From the IMG/VR virus record IMGVR_UViG_3300046513_000348, positions 62,001 through 126,000 of that record: a stretch of 64,000 nt of DNA, one strand, 5' to 3'. Shown here one piece after another: positions 16,364 through 27,033 of this stretch. The first letter of the stretch is position 1; each line of letters starts with the position of its first letter. Made by a program: the position numbers and the translations under genes. The notes below the pieces were generated by a model that was given only the letters and a program-made list of their open reading frames with translations, was not told where the DNA came from and ran no database searches.

Positions 16364-18547
16364 TTAGTAAACCGTACCGCCCGAATCGGTAACCCGACGA
16401 TAGACACCGGCAAAGATGTCCCTGTCGTTTGGCCGGTTGGCATTGATGCGTTTGTTTTCCCTGGACTTTTTGATGAGGTCCGAGACACTAAACGTTTCGC
16501 CTTCCTCTTCCACGATTTGGGAAGCCAGATTCTTCATCTCCGATTCGAGACGCATGATGACGAAGTGGTCTTTTGCATTTGCCAGCTGATCGGCGACTGC
16601 TTTCAGATCTTCGCGAAGTTGTTGTTGTTTGCGATCGAACGCGCTCATCTCCGTGTACGACTTCTTGACGAGCGTCGAACTCATGAGGTTAGTTGCATCC
16701 AAACCGTAGTACTGCAGATTACGACCGAACTTAGCCAGCCACATCGGAAGCAGCCAAGCCACCACGCCGTCGTCATGTCCACCTTTCGGGTGATCCACAC
16801 GACCGTTAATGACTTCCAGCGCCAGCAGCTGGTCGATGGTCTTGACGTCGTTGATTCGATCCATGGCATGGCGCACAGCTTCTTGCAGAACCTGGCCGTA
16901 GAGCAAGGAACGAGCATTGTCGCCGGTTGCACTCGTCTTGAAGCCGAATGCCGTTTTGTATTGGTTGTACAGATCGCCGTAGGTGTACTTGGTCGCTCCT
17001 CGGATTTCATCCATGACGTCCTTGTACTTCTCCATGTCCTGCACGATGCTGTTGTACAGTCGCTTGAAAGCGTTCTGACCATTCAGTCGGAACAGCAGGA
17101 GTAGCTGATCGATCAGGGATACACCAGTCGACTTACGTTCGATTACGGCGATGAGTTTAGGCCAGCGCTGCAGCTGATCAAAGAACCACTGGCCAAATTC
17201 GATCAGGTTGGACATCTGGACAAAGCAGGTGCCGATTGTTTCGAGAGTTGTCAGGTCGACATATTGCAATGCGATCTCGTCTTTACCACCGGCTTCGGAG
17301 GTATCGACACCGACTGCAATGTTGCCTTCTTCCATGAGGGCATCGCGGGTCTTCAGGCTGACGTACCATTTCGTCATGTAGCGCATCTTCGGGTCGATCT
17401 CCGCCACGAAGTCTTCACGCTGGTTTGCACGAATGGTGTCAAGTTGGTCTGCGGTAAGAGGGGATCCGCGGCCGCCAGAAGTCCAGACGTTGAAGTAATC
17501 TCGGTCGGCCTCTTCGCCGCTAATCATTGCCTTCTTGATGTTGTCGTAGTGCTGGGCATCGGAGATACCGAGCATGCGATGGCTGAACGTGCAGTTGATC
17601 GCAAAGCCGTTCGCACTGCCTGCCAACACCATCTTCTTCAGGTCATCGTGATCCTTGCAATCAAAGATCAGATCCGTGAATGGGAAGGAGTCGGTCAGAA
17701 TCTGGTAAGCATACTTACCGTCGCGATCGTCTTTCTTGCCCGCGGTAGTCGCCAGCACAATGCCATGGTGGGCATTGTTTTCTTTTGCACTAACGAATGC
17801 CGCGTTGGTTGTCGACAGAATGGTAGTCAGGGTTGCTTTGAGCCAGGAGATGTAAGCAAATTCGTCAATGCGGATGTTTGCAGACGTAAAGCCTCGACCA
17901 ACTTTATAAGCACCCTTCTCGTCGCCTCGTGGGACGTGGGTTTCATACTTGTTGTCAACTGCCGACAAGTAGATGTATTCTTGGTTGCTCGGATCTTTCT
18001 TCGGAGTGGACCTTCGCAGGTACATCGGAAGAACTTCCTCATACTCCTTGAGACGAGCAATGTCGTTTCGACGCAGCTGGTCTTCTTTTGTCAGGAGGTG
18101 GATACTGGAGTGAACCAGACCGAAGTTCAACAGGTATCGGTCAAGCGCCGAAATGTTCACTGACTTGCCAGTCTGACGTGGCTGAATCAGGAAGGTGGTA
18201 ACGTGATTGAAGTAGCACCACCAGAGTGCACAGTTACCGCGGTTCGCTTTCACAACACTCGGTTTCATCGAGCCCTGAACTGGGATCCTGGCAATCTCGC
18301 GGAAGAAGTACCATGGGTTCTCGAAGCACTCCTTGGTGATCAGAGCTTTCATTTCGAGAGACAGGTTGTTCTCATCGAAAGGATCAACTCCCACCAGGTC
18401 CTCGTTATGTAAGGCCAGAGGCCAGAGGTTGTTCTTTACCCCCATATCCTCAAGGATATAACAGATGTCGACAAAGGACTTGTTGGGGGTGTCTATGTCG
18501 ATAATGGCATGCGGATATCGCTTCCAGTCTTGCTCGAACAGAATCAT
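16364..18547 (-). CDS. terL: Terminase large subunit (phiKZ gp25-like)
   Basis: ENPWYFFREI, Walker A QPRQTGKS, Walker B IRIDEF, nuclease VGVDTSEA and HPKGGHDD. Confidence 0.93.
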   Translation of the reverse strand: MILFEQDWKRYPHAIIDIDTPNKSFVDICYILEDMGVKNNLWPLALHNEDLVGVDPFDENNLSLEMKALITKECFENPWYFFREIARIPVQGSMKPSVVKANRGNCALWWCYFNHVTTFLIQPRQTGKSVNISALDRYLLNFGLVHSSIHLLTKEDQLRRNDIARLKEYEEVLPMYLRRSTPKKDPSNQEYIYLSAVDNKYETHVPRGDEKGAYKVGRGFTSANIRIDEFAYISWLKATLTTILSTTNAAFVSAKENNAHHGIVLATTAGKKDDRDGKYAYQILTDSFPFTDLIFDCKDHDDLKKMVLAGSANGFAINCTFSHRMLGISDAQHYDNIKKAMISGEEADRDYFNVWTSGGRGSPLTADQLDTIRANQREDFVAEIDPKMRYMTKWYVSLKTRDALMEEGNIAVGVDTSEAGGKDEIALQYVDLTTLETIGTCFVQMSNLIEFGQWFFDQLQRWPKLIAVIERKSTGVSLIDQLLLLFRLNGQNAFKRLYNSIVQDMEKYKDVMDEIRGATKYTYGDLYNQYKTAFGFKTSATGDNARSLLYGQVLQEAVRHAMDRINDVKTIDQLLALEVINGRVDHPKGGHDDGVVAWLLPMWLAKFGRNLQYYGLDATNLMSSTLVKKSYTEMSAFDRKQQQLREDLKAVADQLANAKDHFVIMRLESEMKNLASQIVEEEGETFSVSDLIKKSRENKRINANRPNDRDIFAGVYRRVTDSGGTVY

Positions 18548-18576
18548 AGGTCACCAAATAAAATGTTACACTGCGT

Positions 18577-18618
18577 CATAAGGTTAGTACTCGACTGAGC
18601 TTTCGCCCAGTCGAGTAC
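18577..18618 (-). terminator. Hairpin (GAAA loop) with TATG upstream of terL
   Basis: Minus strand gtactcgactgggc-gaaa-gctcagtcgagtac...TTATG. Confidence 0.75.
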
Positions 18619-18624
18619 GTAGTC

Positions 18625-20307
18625 TTACCAGGTCAGGACTTGATTCACCGGCGCACCTGCCACCGCGAGAACCAGATCTCCCTGAGCGCCTTCTTTCACG
18701 AACTGGAGATACCAGGTCGTGTCTTGAGTGACGCCGAAGTTGACGGTGAAGCGCTTATTCCAGTAATCGGAGATCAGCAGCTTCACTTTATTCGTACCGT
18801 TGCCATCCGTGAAGATGAAGTGGGTCGGTTGAACCGGCTCAGTTTCATACAGCGGGTTGGTCAGAGGACGAGTGTTGTCGTAGAAGGCAGCCAGCCATGC
18901 TTCTTTCGTTGCATAGTCGGACTTGACTTCGATTTCGGACAAGTTCTGGTTGATGAACTTCGCACGGAACGAATTGCCTTCGCCGTATTCCGGAGTCTGA
19001 TTCGGATCGAACGATACGCGCCACTTGGTCCCGGTGAGATCGCCGGCGCGCAGCAGGGTGATGCCGATGGTCTGCACGAAACGCCATGCACGCCAGTTGC
19101 CGTTGACCTTGGACAGGTCCAGTGCCACGGTCAGCTGTTGCTTGACGCCGTACAGAGTCGGATCCAGTACTGGCGAGCCTTGTCCGGTTTCCACCAGCGT
19201 ACTCACGTCGTACATCATGTTGCGATCCAGGTTCAACAGGAACCAGCGCAGACGGTAACCAGCCGCATTGCTGACCCACACTGGGTACGGGAACAGCTTC
19301 ACGGTCAGCTGGTTCTCCACGTCCACCACCAGACAGTCGATGTCGTGGGTGATGAAGCGGGAAGCGCCGACTTCCGAACCGGTGTAGCTGACTTCGCTCT
19401 GGCTCAGAGCGTAGCGCAGGCTCATCTTGAAGTGCTCGCCCGCTTGAGTCGGAACGAACGACGACAGGCCCAGTAGGGTCATGCGGCCGCCGTCCACGTT
19501 CATCTTCTTCGGTTCGCCGCTGTTGTAGTTGATCACGCCCAGCAGGTTGATCGAGTTCAGCGTGAGGTTCAGCGGAACTTCCAGACGGTCCGGCACGAGC
19601 TTGCTCATGAGCGGGCCTTCCAGTGCGATACCAGTCACGGCCTTGATCGTCAGATCGTTCGAGCTGGTGAACGAAGTCACCGTTGCACGCAGTTCTTTCG
19701 AGGACAGCGGGGCACCGGTATCGTCGAAGAGGGCCACGTAGAGGAACTCGCCGTTCTTGACGTCGGTCGTGGTGTAGGCGGTCGGCACGTAGTACTGGGC
19801 CACGTTCTCGCCGTTCGGAATCACGCACAGCTGCAGCGGAATCGCAGTACCGATCGGGAGACCGGATTGATCCAGCATGAGGCTGATAATTTCTTCAGCA
19901 CCGTTGACTGGGTTACCACGATAGACGCGGGCGGTCTTTGCATTGCGGGCATTCACGTAGCAACGACCGTCCACTTGCAGACGGTGAGGCATGACGCTTT
20001 TGTCGATGAAGCAGCGGAAGGCGTCACGGGTCTGACCCATGAGCAGATCTTCCGAATCCATGTCGGCAATCGGCTTCGGCGTGATGCGTTTCAGGATCGG
20101 CGTCCAGTCGTCGTTATGACCGATCACCTGGTAGGTGATATGGTAATCCGTGTCTTCGACGTAGTCGTCGACCTTCGGAATGTATTTACCGTTGGCCAGG
20201 TCGCCCAGCCAAATTTCTTTCTTTGCCCAGCGGTGCCAGAGGTTGCTCGTATCCCGGATAGGTACGGCACCATCGGAACCCCAGGGCAACGGATTTTCTT
20301 CTGCCAT
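18625..20307 (-). CDS. Virion structural protein (phiKZ gp26-like)
   Basis: 560 aa, beta-rich, GKYIPKVDDYVED; synteny between terL and sheath. Confidence 0.75.
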   Translation of the reverse strand: MAEENPLPWGSDGAVPIRDTSNLWHRWAKKEIWLGDLANGKYIPKVDDYVEDTDYHITYQVIGHNDDWTPILKRITPKPIADMDSEDLLMGQTRDAFRCFIDKSVMPHRLQVDGRCYVNARNAKTARVYRGNPVNGAEEIISLMLDQSGLPIGTAIPLQLCVIPNGENVAQYYVPTAYTTTDVKNGEFLYVALFDDTGAPLSSKELRATVTSFTSSNDLTIKAVTGIALEGPLMSKLVPDRLEVPLNLTLNSINLLGVINYNSGEPKKMNVDGGRMTLLGLSSFVPTQAGEHFKMSLRYALSQSEVSYTGSEVGASRFITHDIDCLVVDVENQLTVKLFPYPVWVSNAAGYRLRWFLLNLDRNMMYDVSTLVETGQGSPVLDPTLYGVKQQLTVALDLSKVNGNWRAWRFVQTIGITLLRAGDLTGTKWRVSFDPNQTPEYGEGNSFRAKFINQNLSEIEVKSDYATKEAWLAAFYDNTRPLTNPLYETEPVQPTHFIFTDGNGTNKVKLLISDYWNKRFTVNFGVTQDTTWYLQFVKEGAQGDLVLAVAGAPVNQVLTW

Positions 20308-20319
20308 GGTTTTACCTTT

Positions 20320-22908
20320 TTAAGTAGCGTCGGACAGACGCAGGAAATTGTTGAGAACGACTTTGCCCGACATGTAGGTCAGGATAACTTTTTGCAGGAA
20401 GTTGAAGTGACTACGACTCACCGTCATCACGTTGTTGTGGTGGATCGGATGAATGATCACGTAATCGCTATTCAGCGCATTTGCTGCTTGGGTTGGGTCG
20501 AATGCCAGGATAGGCTCGTAAGGAGCGCAGATCGCTTTCACGCCAGCCATGTCCAGGTTATCTGTGATCACTGCAGGATCGATCACACGATCTACGAGAT
20601 CGTAAATGATCTTGCAAAGGAACGGAGTGAACACCGGATACTTCTCGTTGATCACGTTCGGAGCAGACGGTACCGGTTCAGGCAGGTTCGCCGACAGATA
20701 TTCGCTCACCGACGCATCGATGACACGGGAAGCAGCACGAAGGCTGTAGGTATCGCCATCCGTCAGGGAACGCATCGGTACCACCATGTCACGCACGGCA
20801 TATGGAACACCGTTCTGGGCACTCGGAACGAGATATGCTGTATCCTTCTCCGAATACTTCAGACTGTCACGATGGTAGAGGCGGCCGTCCACCACAATGC
20901 GCAGGACTCGATCGTCACGGATGTTGAACACCGAGTTGCGAGAAAGCAATTCCCACTTCACGAAGTTAACATCTTCCGCTTTCTCACGGGTCATGTCCTT
21001 CTTGCAGAAGCCCATCGCACGAATTGCGATTTCCTGCTTTTGCGTTTCAGGATTGATGAGGTATTTCTTGTTGTGGATGTAACCTTTGTAACCCTGGATG
21101 ACGTAGTCGATTCCTTCGATGATCGAACGGCCATTAAGGAACAGGTCCAGTTCGCCCATCGGAACTTCCAGAGGACGGCTACCAGTCACACCGTTCACGG
21201 TGGTTACTTGAGTGAGATCGAATTCCAGCAGACCGTCACGACAGTCCGTTTGGAAGATGTAGCCCAGCGGGATCTTGTCCGAACGAACCAGGGTACGGAT
21301 GGCATTCATGTTCACCAGCCACTGGAGCTCGTCACCAATCATGGCGTAGTTGGCCGAGCCAGTTACGTCACGCCAGTTATTCAGTGATACGCCGTCGAGC
21401 TTGTCGCAGATGTACATGCGGTAGTTCAGTTTCGGATCCAGCGTCTGCTTTTGCTTGTCGTAGGTATCGTCGATCTGCTGCGAAGCACGACCAACAACCA
21501 TTTCGACCAGAGTGCAAGCTGCATTGTTCACGATGTAGCGGGTACCGACCGGATGGTAGTACCAGCCCAGGAGCAGGCCGTTTGCGTCGTACTCATAAGC
21601 CGTCGCATTTTCATACAGACCGCGAGGCACAGATACGGAACGCTGGCCATTGAACACTTCCACTTTCATGGGAGTGTCGCCCAGGATCTTGGACATGGCA
21701 TTGTAGCCGTATGCTTCCTGGACCATCGCGCGAGTGATGGTTTTGTAAGTCGGCTGTTCCATGATCAGGTTGTACTTCGAATTCTCGAGGTACGCTGCCT
21801 GCCAGTTGGGTACTGCCGAATACTCGCCGACCATTGCCGGGAGGATTTGCGTATTGCTCAACTTGTACAGCTCATGGATACGGTTGTTCTCGAACACCAG
21901 GGAGCGATTGAAACCGTTCTCACGAATCATTGCCAAGACGCGCAACTTCTGCGGATCCGTCCAGGTAGGATGTCCGTCGACGAAGGCATTCACCAGCTGG
22001 ACACTCATGGAGTAATCCTTGTGCGTGACCATGCGCAGTGCCTTGGCGGTGTTCTTGTGGTGGTACAAGCCGTTTGCTTTACCGACGGCAGGACGCTCCA
22101 CGAGGAACAGATCCACGTCGTCTTCGTATTGAATACGAGGCATCGTAGCGCCGTAATGCAGCAGATACTTACGCTGCTGGTCACGAGTCGAATCGAATGC
22201 TGGAAGTTTGTTGATTTCGAACTCGACGACTTTACTCACCGACGAATCGTAAACCCAGTCAACCAGGTCGCCGACCTTGCAAGTGAATGGCGAGATCTCT
22301 TCGTAGTACAGGCCGTTGATGATGGCCCATGCGTAACCGACGGTCTTGGAACGGTAAGCTTGAAGATCTTGCTGCATGGCAAGGATCTCTGCCATGGTAC
22401 CCGGAGAACCACCTTTGGTCACCACCTTTTCAGTCAGCGACTGGGAACGCGATGATTGGTAGAACGCATTGGTGTAGACACGGAAGTACAGGTCTTCGTT
22501 GTTGTAGTCGATCTTCAGCTGCTCTTCGCGTTTGCGAGTTGCGATCAGCAAATTGCCAGCCCGGGTAACCATGTAGTAGGTTTCGAACTTCGGAGCGATA
22601 CGACCGTTGTTCGCATAAAGGTCAGCCAGCATGCCCATTCGGTTGCAGACCTCTTGCAGACTCACCCAGCGAATCTCCACAGGGAACAGGCCCAGGAAGT
22701 CAGGATGCAATCCACCGATCTGATACAGGTGGTAGTAATTCTTGTTATCGGGCAGGAAGATCTGCAACCAGTCCGATTCGAATTGTACGACTTCGCCACT
22801 GTTACGGCTGATTCGTTTAGGGCGAGTGATGAAATGACGATCCTGTCGTGGCGAGCACCAGACATTATCGATAGCATGTTGTACGAGATAATCCATTTTC
22901 GACGCCAT
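20320..22908 (-). CDS. Virion structural protein (phiKZ gp27-like)
   Basis: 862 aa, N-terminal YLVQHAIDNVWCSPRQD; synteny. Confidence 0.75.
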   Translation of the reverse strand: MASKMDYLVQHAIDNVWCSPRQDRHFITRPKRISRNSGEVVQFESDWLQIFLPDNKNYYHLYQIGGLHPDFLGLFPVEIRWVSLQEVCNRMGMLADLYANNGRIAPKFETYYMVTRAGNLLIATRKREEQLKIDYNNEDLYFRVYTNAFYQSSRSQSLTEKVVTKGGSPGTMAEILAMQQDLQAYRSKTVGYAWAIINGLYYEEISPFTCKVGDLVDWVYDSSVSKVVEFEINKLPAFDSTRDQQRKYLLHYGATMPRIQYEDDVDLFLVERPAVGKANGLYHHKNTAKALRMVTHKDYSMSVQLVNAFVDGHPTWTDPQKLRVLAMIRENGFNRSLVFENNRIHELYKLSNTQILPAMVGEYSAVPNWQAAYLENSKYNLIMEQPTYKTITRAMVQEAYGYNAMSKILGDTPMKVEVFNGQRSVSVPRGLYENATAYEYDANGLLLGWYYHPVGTRYIVNNAACTLVEMVVGRASQQIDDTYDKQKQTLDPKLNYRMYICDKLDGVSLNNWRDVTGSANYAMIGDELQWLVNMNAIRTLVRSDKIPLGYIFQTDCRDGLLEFDLTQVTTVNGVTGSRPLEVPMGELDLFLNGRSIIEGIDYVIQGYKGYIHNKKYLINPETQKQEIAIRAMGFCKKDMTREKAEDVNFVKWELLSRNSVFNIRDDRVLRIVVDGRLYHRDSLKYSEKDTAYLVPSAQNGVPYAVRDMVVPMRSLTDGDTYSLRAASRVIDASVSEYLSANLPEPVPSAPNVINEKYPVFTPFLCKIIYDLVDRVIDPAVITDNLDMAGVKAICAPYEPILAFDPTQAANALNSDYVIIHPIHHNNVMTVSRSHFNFLQKVILTYMSGKVVLNNFLRLSDAT

Positions 22909-22919
22909 AAAAAGAAGTT

Positions 22920-22950
22920 ACCCTACCCACCGGAACCCGGCAGGTAGGGA
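22920..22950 (-). terminator. Hairpin related to family 2
   Basis: ccctacc...ggtaggg between the 22963 and 22908 genes. Confidence 0.55.
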
Positions 22951-22962
22951 TGAACGAGTTTC

Positions 22963-23862
22963 TTACGACTTCAGCGTTGCGGTCATCTGCAACACGAAAT
23001 CGTCTCTAGCGCTCTTGGCCGGAACACGCTCACTCATTTTGGAGAGCATCGAGCGCGTGTAAGCACGCTCCGTTACAGCGCTCATGCAGATTGCCATGAA
23101 CGTCGGAACATGTTCGATAGCCACTGCGACCACCTCGTTGGAGTTGGCGCCGAACCAGGTCGAGTTCAGGATCGGATACAGCAGAATGCTGCTGAAGTTC
23201 TTCAACTGAACGCTGCCAGTCATCTCTTCCAGGCGGTTGCAGTAGTCCGTGATGTCCTTGACGTAGTCTTGGCCATCCAGGATCTGCATGACCTGGTCGA
23301 TGTTGATTCGAGTGGCTTTGGCGATGCCCTGGCACACGCGCAGGTACTCACGTTCGTCCGGACGTTCCTCGTCTGCGAACAGCGAGAAGAAGAACCAGGC
23401 CGAGAAGATCGTAAGCTTGTACTGATTCTCTGGCTCGAGCCCGAAACGCCGTTGGATGTTTTCGGCCAGCCAATGAGAATACACCGACGCTGGGAACGTT
23501 GCACCCGAGCGGAACAGGGTCGGGGATTCGGTGCGCCAGATGTGTTCGAGGCCGGCACGGGCCTTGAGCAGATTGTAATCCGCAACCGAAGAAACCTTCA
23601 GCTCACCACTCTGACGGTTCCGCGTGACGAAGCTTCGAGCGTCGACATAGAGACCATCGTATGGTGCCTTCTCTACATAGAGAGGGTGCGTGAATGCAGG
23701 AATGTCGACGGGCATGTCCGACGTATCCTCGATGACGGTATAACCGTCGTCGTTTTTAGCAAGATAATTTGATACCGTTGCTTTCACGATCGCTGCTTTG
23801 GTCGCATCCGTGCTGTAGCGGCGTCCAAACGTCGTATCGTAAGCAGATCGAAAAATAGGCAT
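22963..23862 (-). CDS. Virion structural protein (phiKZ gp28-like)
   Basis: 299 aa, SAYDTT and IPAFTHP; divergent from the sheath gene. Confidence 0.72.
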   Translation of the reverse strand: MPIFRSAYDTTFGRRYSTDATKAAIVKATVSNYLAKNDDGYTVIEDTSDMPVDIPAFTHPLYVEKAPYDGLYVDARSFVTRNRQSGELKVSSVADYNLLKARAGLEHIWRTESPTLFRSGATFPASVYSHWLAENIQRRFGLEPENQYKLTIFSAWFFFSLFADEERPDEREYLRVCQGIAKATRINIDQVMQILDGQDYVKDITDYCNRLEEMTGSVQLKNFSSILLYPILNSTWFGANSNEVVAVAIEHVPTFMAICMSAVTERAYTRSMLSKMSERVPAKSARDDFVLQMTATLKS

Positions 23863-23975
23863 TTTTTGCCACCTTTAAACATGTAAATTTTTATCGCCTG
23901 TTACCCGGGCAATAAAGTGTTGGAATCCGAAATAAACGTCATATCATGAACCTCATTTCTAAGGAAGGCTGAAAC

Positions 23976-26081
23976 ATGGCTACTGCCAATTTCAACTCGA
24001 TGCCTCAGAACATTTCTGACGGCATCCGGGACAAGTCGATCCCGGATCCGATCCTGCTGCCGAAGCAGTACGCCACGCACCTCCCGCTGTGGTTTATCTT
24101 CGGTAAAAAGGGTCCTTCCGGTCGCGTCGTTGCCGACGGCGCTGTTCGTGAACAGCTCTTCGGTGCCGAATCGTTCCTGGCTTCGTCCAAGTTCTTCACC
24201 CACCAAACCCAATACGCCAACTCGGTCACCAGCAAAGGCAATCAAGGCATCTATCAGCGTATCTACGCCGAGAACGCCAAGAAGGCCATGATGCGTGTCT
24301 GGCTGGACGTGCTGCCGGTCAATGTCCCGCTGTACAAACGTGGCACCGATGGCAAGTACATGCTGGACGCGACGGGTTCCCCGATCCCGACCGGTACCAC
24401 CACGCCTGGTTTCCAGATCAAGCTGGTCAAGACCCCGATCAACACCCAGAACGGCGGCGAGTTCGGTCAGGCATCCCAGATGGCCGGCGATCAGATCAAC
24501 GCCGAGAACGCGGTTCAGTCGACCCGCTTCCCGTTCCTGGACATCCCGGTTTCGTTCGTTGGCCAGTACGGCGACGACCTGGGCTTCCGCATGTGGGCTC
24601 CGGTCCAAGGTTCGCGCGTCGCTGTCGACACCGAACTGCTGGAAGACAACAAGGCCTACCCGTACATCTTCGAATGCCTGGATCGTTCCTCGGACACCAT
24701 CCAGAACATCGCGACGGTGACCGGCACCCAGTCGATGACCGCAGTGATGCGCCGTGACCAGGTGAAAGCCTCGGTTGGCGATCAGGCCATCTCGTTCGAA
24801 CCGCGCTTCTTCGAGATGTACAACGACCGCGAACGTACTGGCATGGCCCCGCTGTACGGTCCGTTCGACGAAGTGCATGTCTACTACGACAACCTCGTCA
24901 CCCTGCTGAAGCAGTTCTACGACGCCGAAACCCCATTCATCGACCAGTTCTCGGACTTCGATGGCTCGGGCTACAGCGACAGCGACGACGGTGAGATCCA
25001 CCGCTTCAACTTCATCTCGGGCAAGAGCTCGAAGAACGTTCCGTATCACTCGTTCATCATCGATCGTTCGGCCGCTAACGCCGAAGCTTTCTCCGACATC
25101 TCGACGGTGTGGGGCGAAGGCGGCGCCGATGGCGACATGGACCTCGACACCTTCGACCGCCTGGTCGCAGCCGAGATCCGCAAGTACGGTTCGATCGAAA
25201 ACGAAGTCACGGAAAATCGCCTGGGCAACCCGGAATCGATCTTCTACGACACCGGCTTCGGCTCGGAAGTCAAGCTCGACCTGGCGAACTTCATCGCCGT
25301 CCGTAAGGACACCTTCCTGGTGTGGTCGCTGCAAGACGCCCAGCAGGCTCGTCCGCTGACTGCCGACGAAGAATCGTCGCTGGCGATCGCTCTGTTCACC
25401 CGCGGCCAAATGCTGCCGGAATCGACCGAGTTCGCTACGCCGGCCTGCCGCTTCATGATCGTTGCTTGCGACGGTCGTCTGGTTGGCTCGACCAATCGCA
25501 AGCGCCTGCCGCTGTCGCTGGAAATCGCGACCAAGTCCGCTGAATACATGGGTGCTGGTAACGGCCTGTGGAAATCGGCGTTCTCCTTCTCGCATGGTCC
25601 TCGTGCAGAAGTGTCGCTGTTCCGTGACGTGAACGTGACCTGGCGTCCGATCGCTGCTCGTCAGCGTGACTGGGCAAACGGCATGGTCTACGTCCAGAAG
25701 AAGGACATGGAAAAGCTGTTCTTCCCTGGCCTGCGTACCGGCTACAGCAACGAGCGTTCGATCCTGACCTCGTTCTTCACCGTCATGGTGTTCGTGGACC
25801 TGCAGAAAGTCGCAGACCGCGTGTGGGCCGAGTTCTCGGGTGCTGACCAGTACTCGAACGAACAGTTCAAGAAATACGTGGAAGCAGAGTTCCGCCGCCA
25901 GACCGAAGGCAAGTACGACGGTCGTGTGGAACTGCGTGGTACCGTCAGCTTCACCGCTGTCGACGAGTACAACGGCTTCTCGTGGACCCTGAATGTGGAC
26001 GTGGGTGCGGACAACATGAAGACCGTTCAATACACCCTGCTGACCGGCTACCGTCGCGAGTCGATGCCGGCGGCTAACTAA
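23976..26081 (+). CDS. Tail sheath protein (phiKZ gp29-like)
   Basis: 701 aa, GIRDKS, HLPL, FGAESF, YDTGF, LPESTEFATP; strong codon bias. Confidence 0.88.
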   Translation: MATANFNSMPQNISDGIRDKSIPDPILLPKQYATHLPLWFIFGKKGPSGRVVADGAVREQLFGAESFLASSKFFTHQTQYANSVTSKGNQGIYQRIYAENAKKAMMRVWLDVLPVNVPLYKRGTDGKYMLDATGSPIPTGTTTPGFQIKLVKTPINTQNGGEFGQASQMAGDQINAENAVQSTRFPFLDIPVSFVGQYGDDLGFRMWAPVQGSRVAVDTELLEDNKAYPYIFECLDRSSDTIQNIATVTGTQSMTAVMRRDQVKASVGDQAISFEPRFFEMYNDRERTGMAPLYGPFDEVHVYYDNLVTLLKQFYDAETPFIDQFSDFDGSGYSDSDDGEIHRFNFISGKSSKNVPYHSFIIDRSAANAEAFSDISTVWGEGGADGDMDLDTFDRLVAAEIRKYGSIENEVTENRLGNPESIFYDTGFGSEVKLDLANFIAVRKDTFLVWSLQDAQQARPLTADEESSLAIALFTRGQMLPESTEFATPACRFMIVACDGRLVGSTNRKRLPLSLEIATKSAEYMGAGNGLWKSAFSFSHGPRAEVSLFRDVNVTWRPIAARQRDWANGMVYVQKKDMEKLFFPGLRTGYSNERSILTSFFTVMVFVDLQKVADRVWAEFSGADQYSNEQFKKYVEAEFRRQTEGKYDGRVELRGTVSFTAVDEYNGFSWTLNVDVGADNMKTVQYTLLTGYRRESMPAAN

Positions 26082-26099
26082 TCCGAAACGAGGTAAATC

Positions 26100-26966
26100 A
26101 TGAGTCGTCTCGCTGACGCAATGATGGCTACAGGTCGCTCGTTCGCGATCGGCGCCACTCATCGCATGTCCAACCCGAACTACGGCGGAGTCATGGGCTG
26201 GTCGCCCAACCCGACGCAGTGGGTCAACAAAACCGGTTACGTTCGTCGTAACCTGATTCCGATCGTGCTCCGTGCACCGGCCGGTTTCGCCTACATGCCC
26301 AACCCGGATGACTGGTACGCAGCTACCCGCTCGATCTTCGAGACGCTGCCGATCAGCATCGAGGGCATGAACTCCACCCTGACCGTGGCTGCATCCGACA
26401 CCCCGTACGGCGGTGCTGGTGAACAGTTCCAGGATCCGACCAACGTGACGCGCGAACGTACCAACCCGAGCTTCACGCTGCCTGACCTGTACGGTGCGCC
26501 GGTCAACGCCTATCTGGAATCCTGGATCCAGTACCTGATCATGGATCCGGAAACCAAGACGGCGCTGATCAACACCCTGGGTGGCCAGATCCCGCCGGAC
26601 ATGATGGCCGACATTTACACGATGGACATGCTCTTCATCGAGCCTGACCCGCAGCAAGCGCAAGTCATCCGCGCCTGGATCGTGTACAACATGTTCCCGC
26701 TGTCCGGCGGCGAAGTGGTGGGTCGTCGTGACATCACGACCGACATGGAATCGATCCGTTACAACATCTCGATGGCCGGCTTTGCGCAGGTCGGTACGGG
26801 TGTGAAGGCGTTCGCCCAGTCGGTCCTCGATGGCATGCGTATTGCTGGTGCGAATCCGTTCCACCGCAAGACCTACCTGGAAGGCATCGACGCGGACATC
26901 ATCCGTGCCAAGACCGGTTTCGGCAACCAGATCGAAGAACTGGCGAACAACCAGGTCGTCGCGTAA
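26100..26966 (+). CDS. Tail tube protein (phiKZ gp30-like)
   Basis: 288 aa directly after the sheath gene; YVRRNLI, IMDPETK, LFIEPDP, NMFP. Confidence 0.85.
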   Translation: MSRLADAMMATGRSFAIGATHRMSNPNYGGVMGWSPNPTQWVNKTGYVRRNLIPIVLRAPAGFAYMPNPDDWYAATRSIFETLPISIEGMNSTLTVAASDTPYGGAGEQFQDPTNVTRERTNPSFTLPDLYGAPVNAYLESWIQYLIMDPETKTALINTLGGQIPPDMMADIYTMDMLFIEPDPQQAQVIRAWIVYNMFPLSGGEVVGRRDITTDMESIRYNISMAGFAQVGTGVKAFAQSVLDGMRIAGANPFHRKTYLEGIDADIIRAKTGFGNQIEELANNQVVA

Positions 26967-26995
26967 TCCCTCACGGGAATACAAAAAAAATAAGG

Positions 26996-27029
26996 CCGCC
27001 TACCCCGCAAGGGGTAGGTGGACTTATGC
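26996..27029. terminator. Bidirectional hairpin (GCAA loop) plus TATGC
   Basis: ccgcctacccc-gcaa-ggggtaggtgg between convergent genes. Confidence 0.8.
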
Positions 27030-27033
27030 CGCA

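Noticed and set aside
23901-26984. 1027-aa antisense ORF over the sheath and tube genes (and similar long antisense ORFs at 9250, 11042, 13281, 19867, 29216, 32933, 38919, 40578, 53171, 56508)
   Set aside because: Shadow ORFs expected from C/G-ending codon bias that avoids TTA, CTA and TCA on the sense strand; no motifs and no clear ribosome-binding sites
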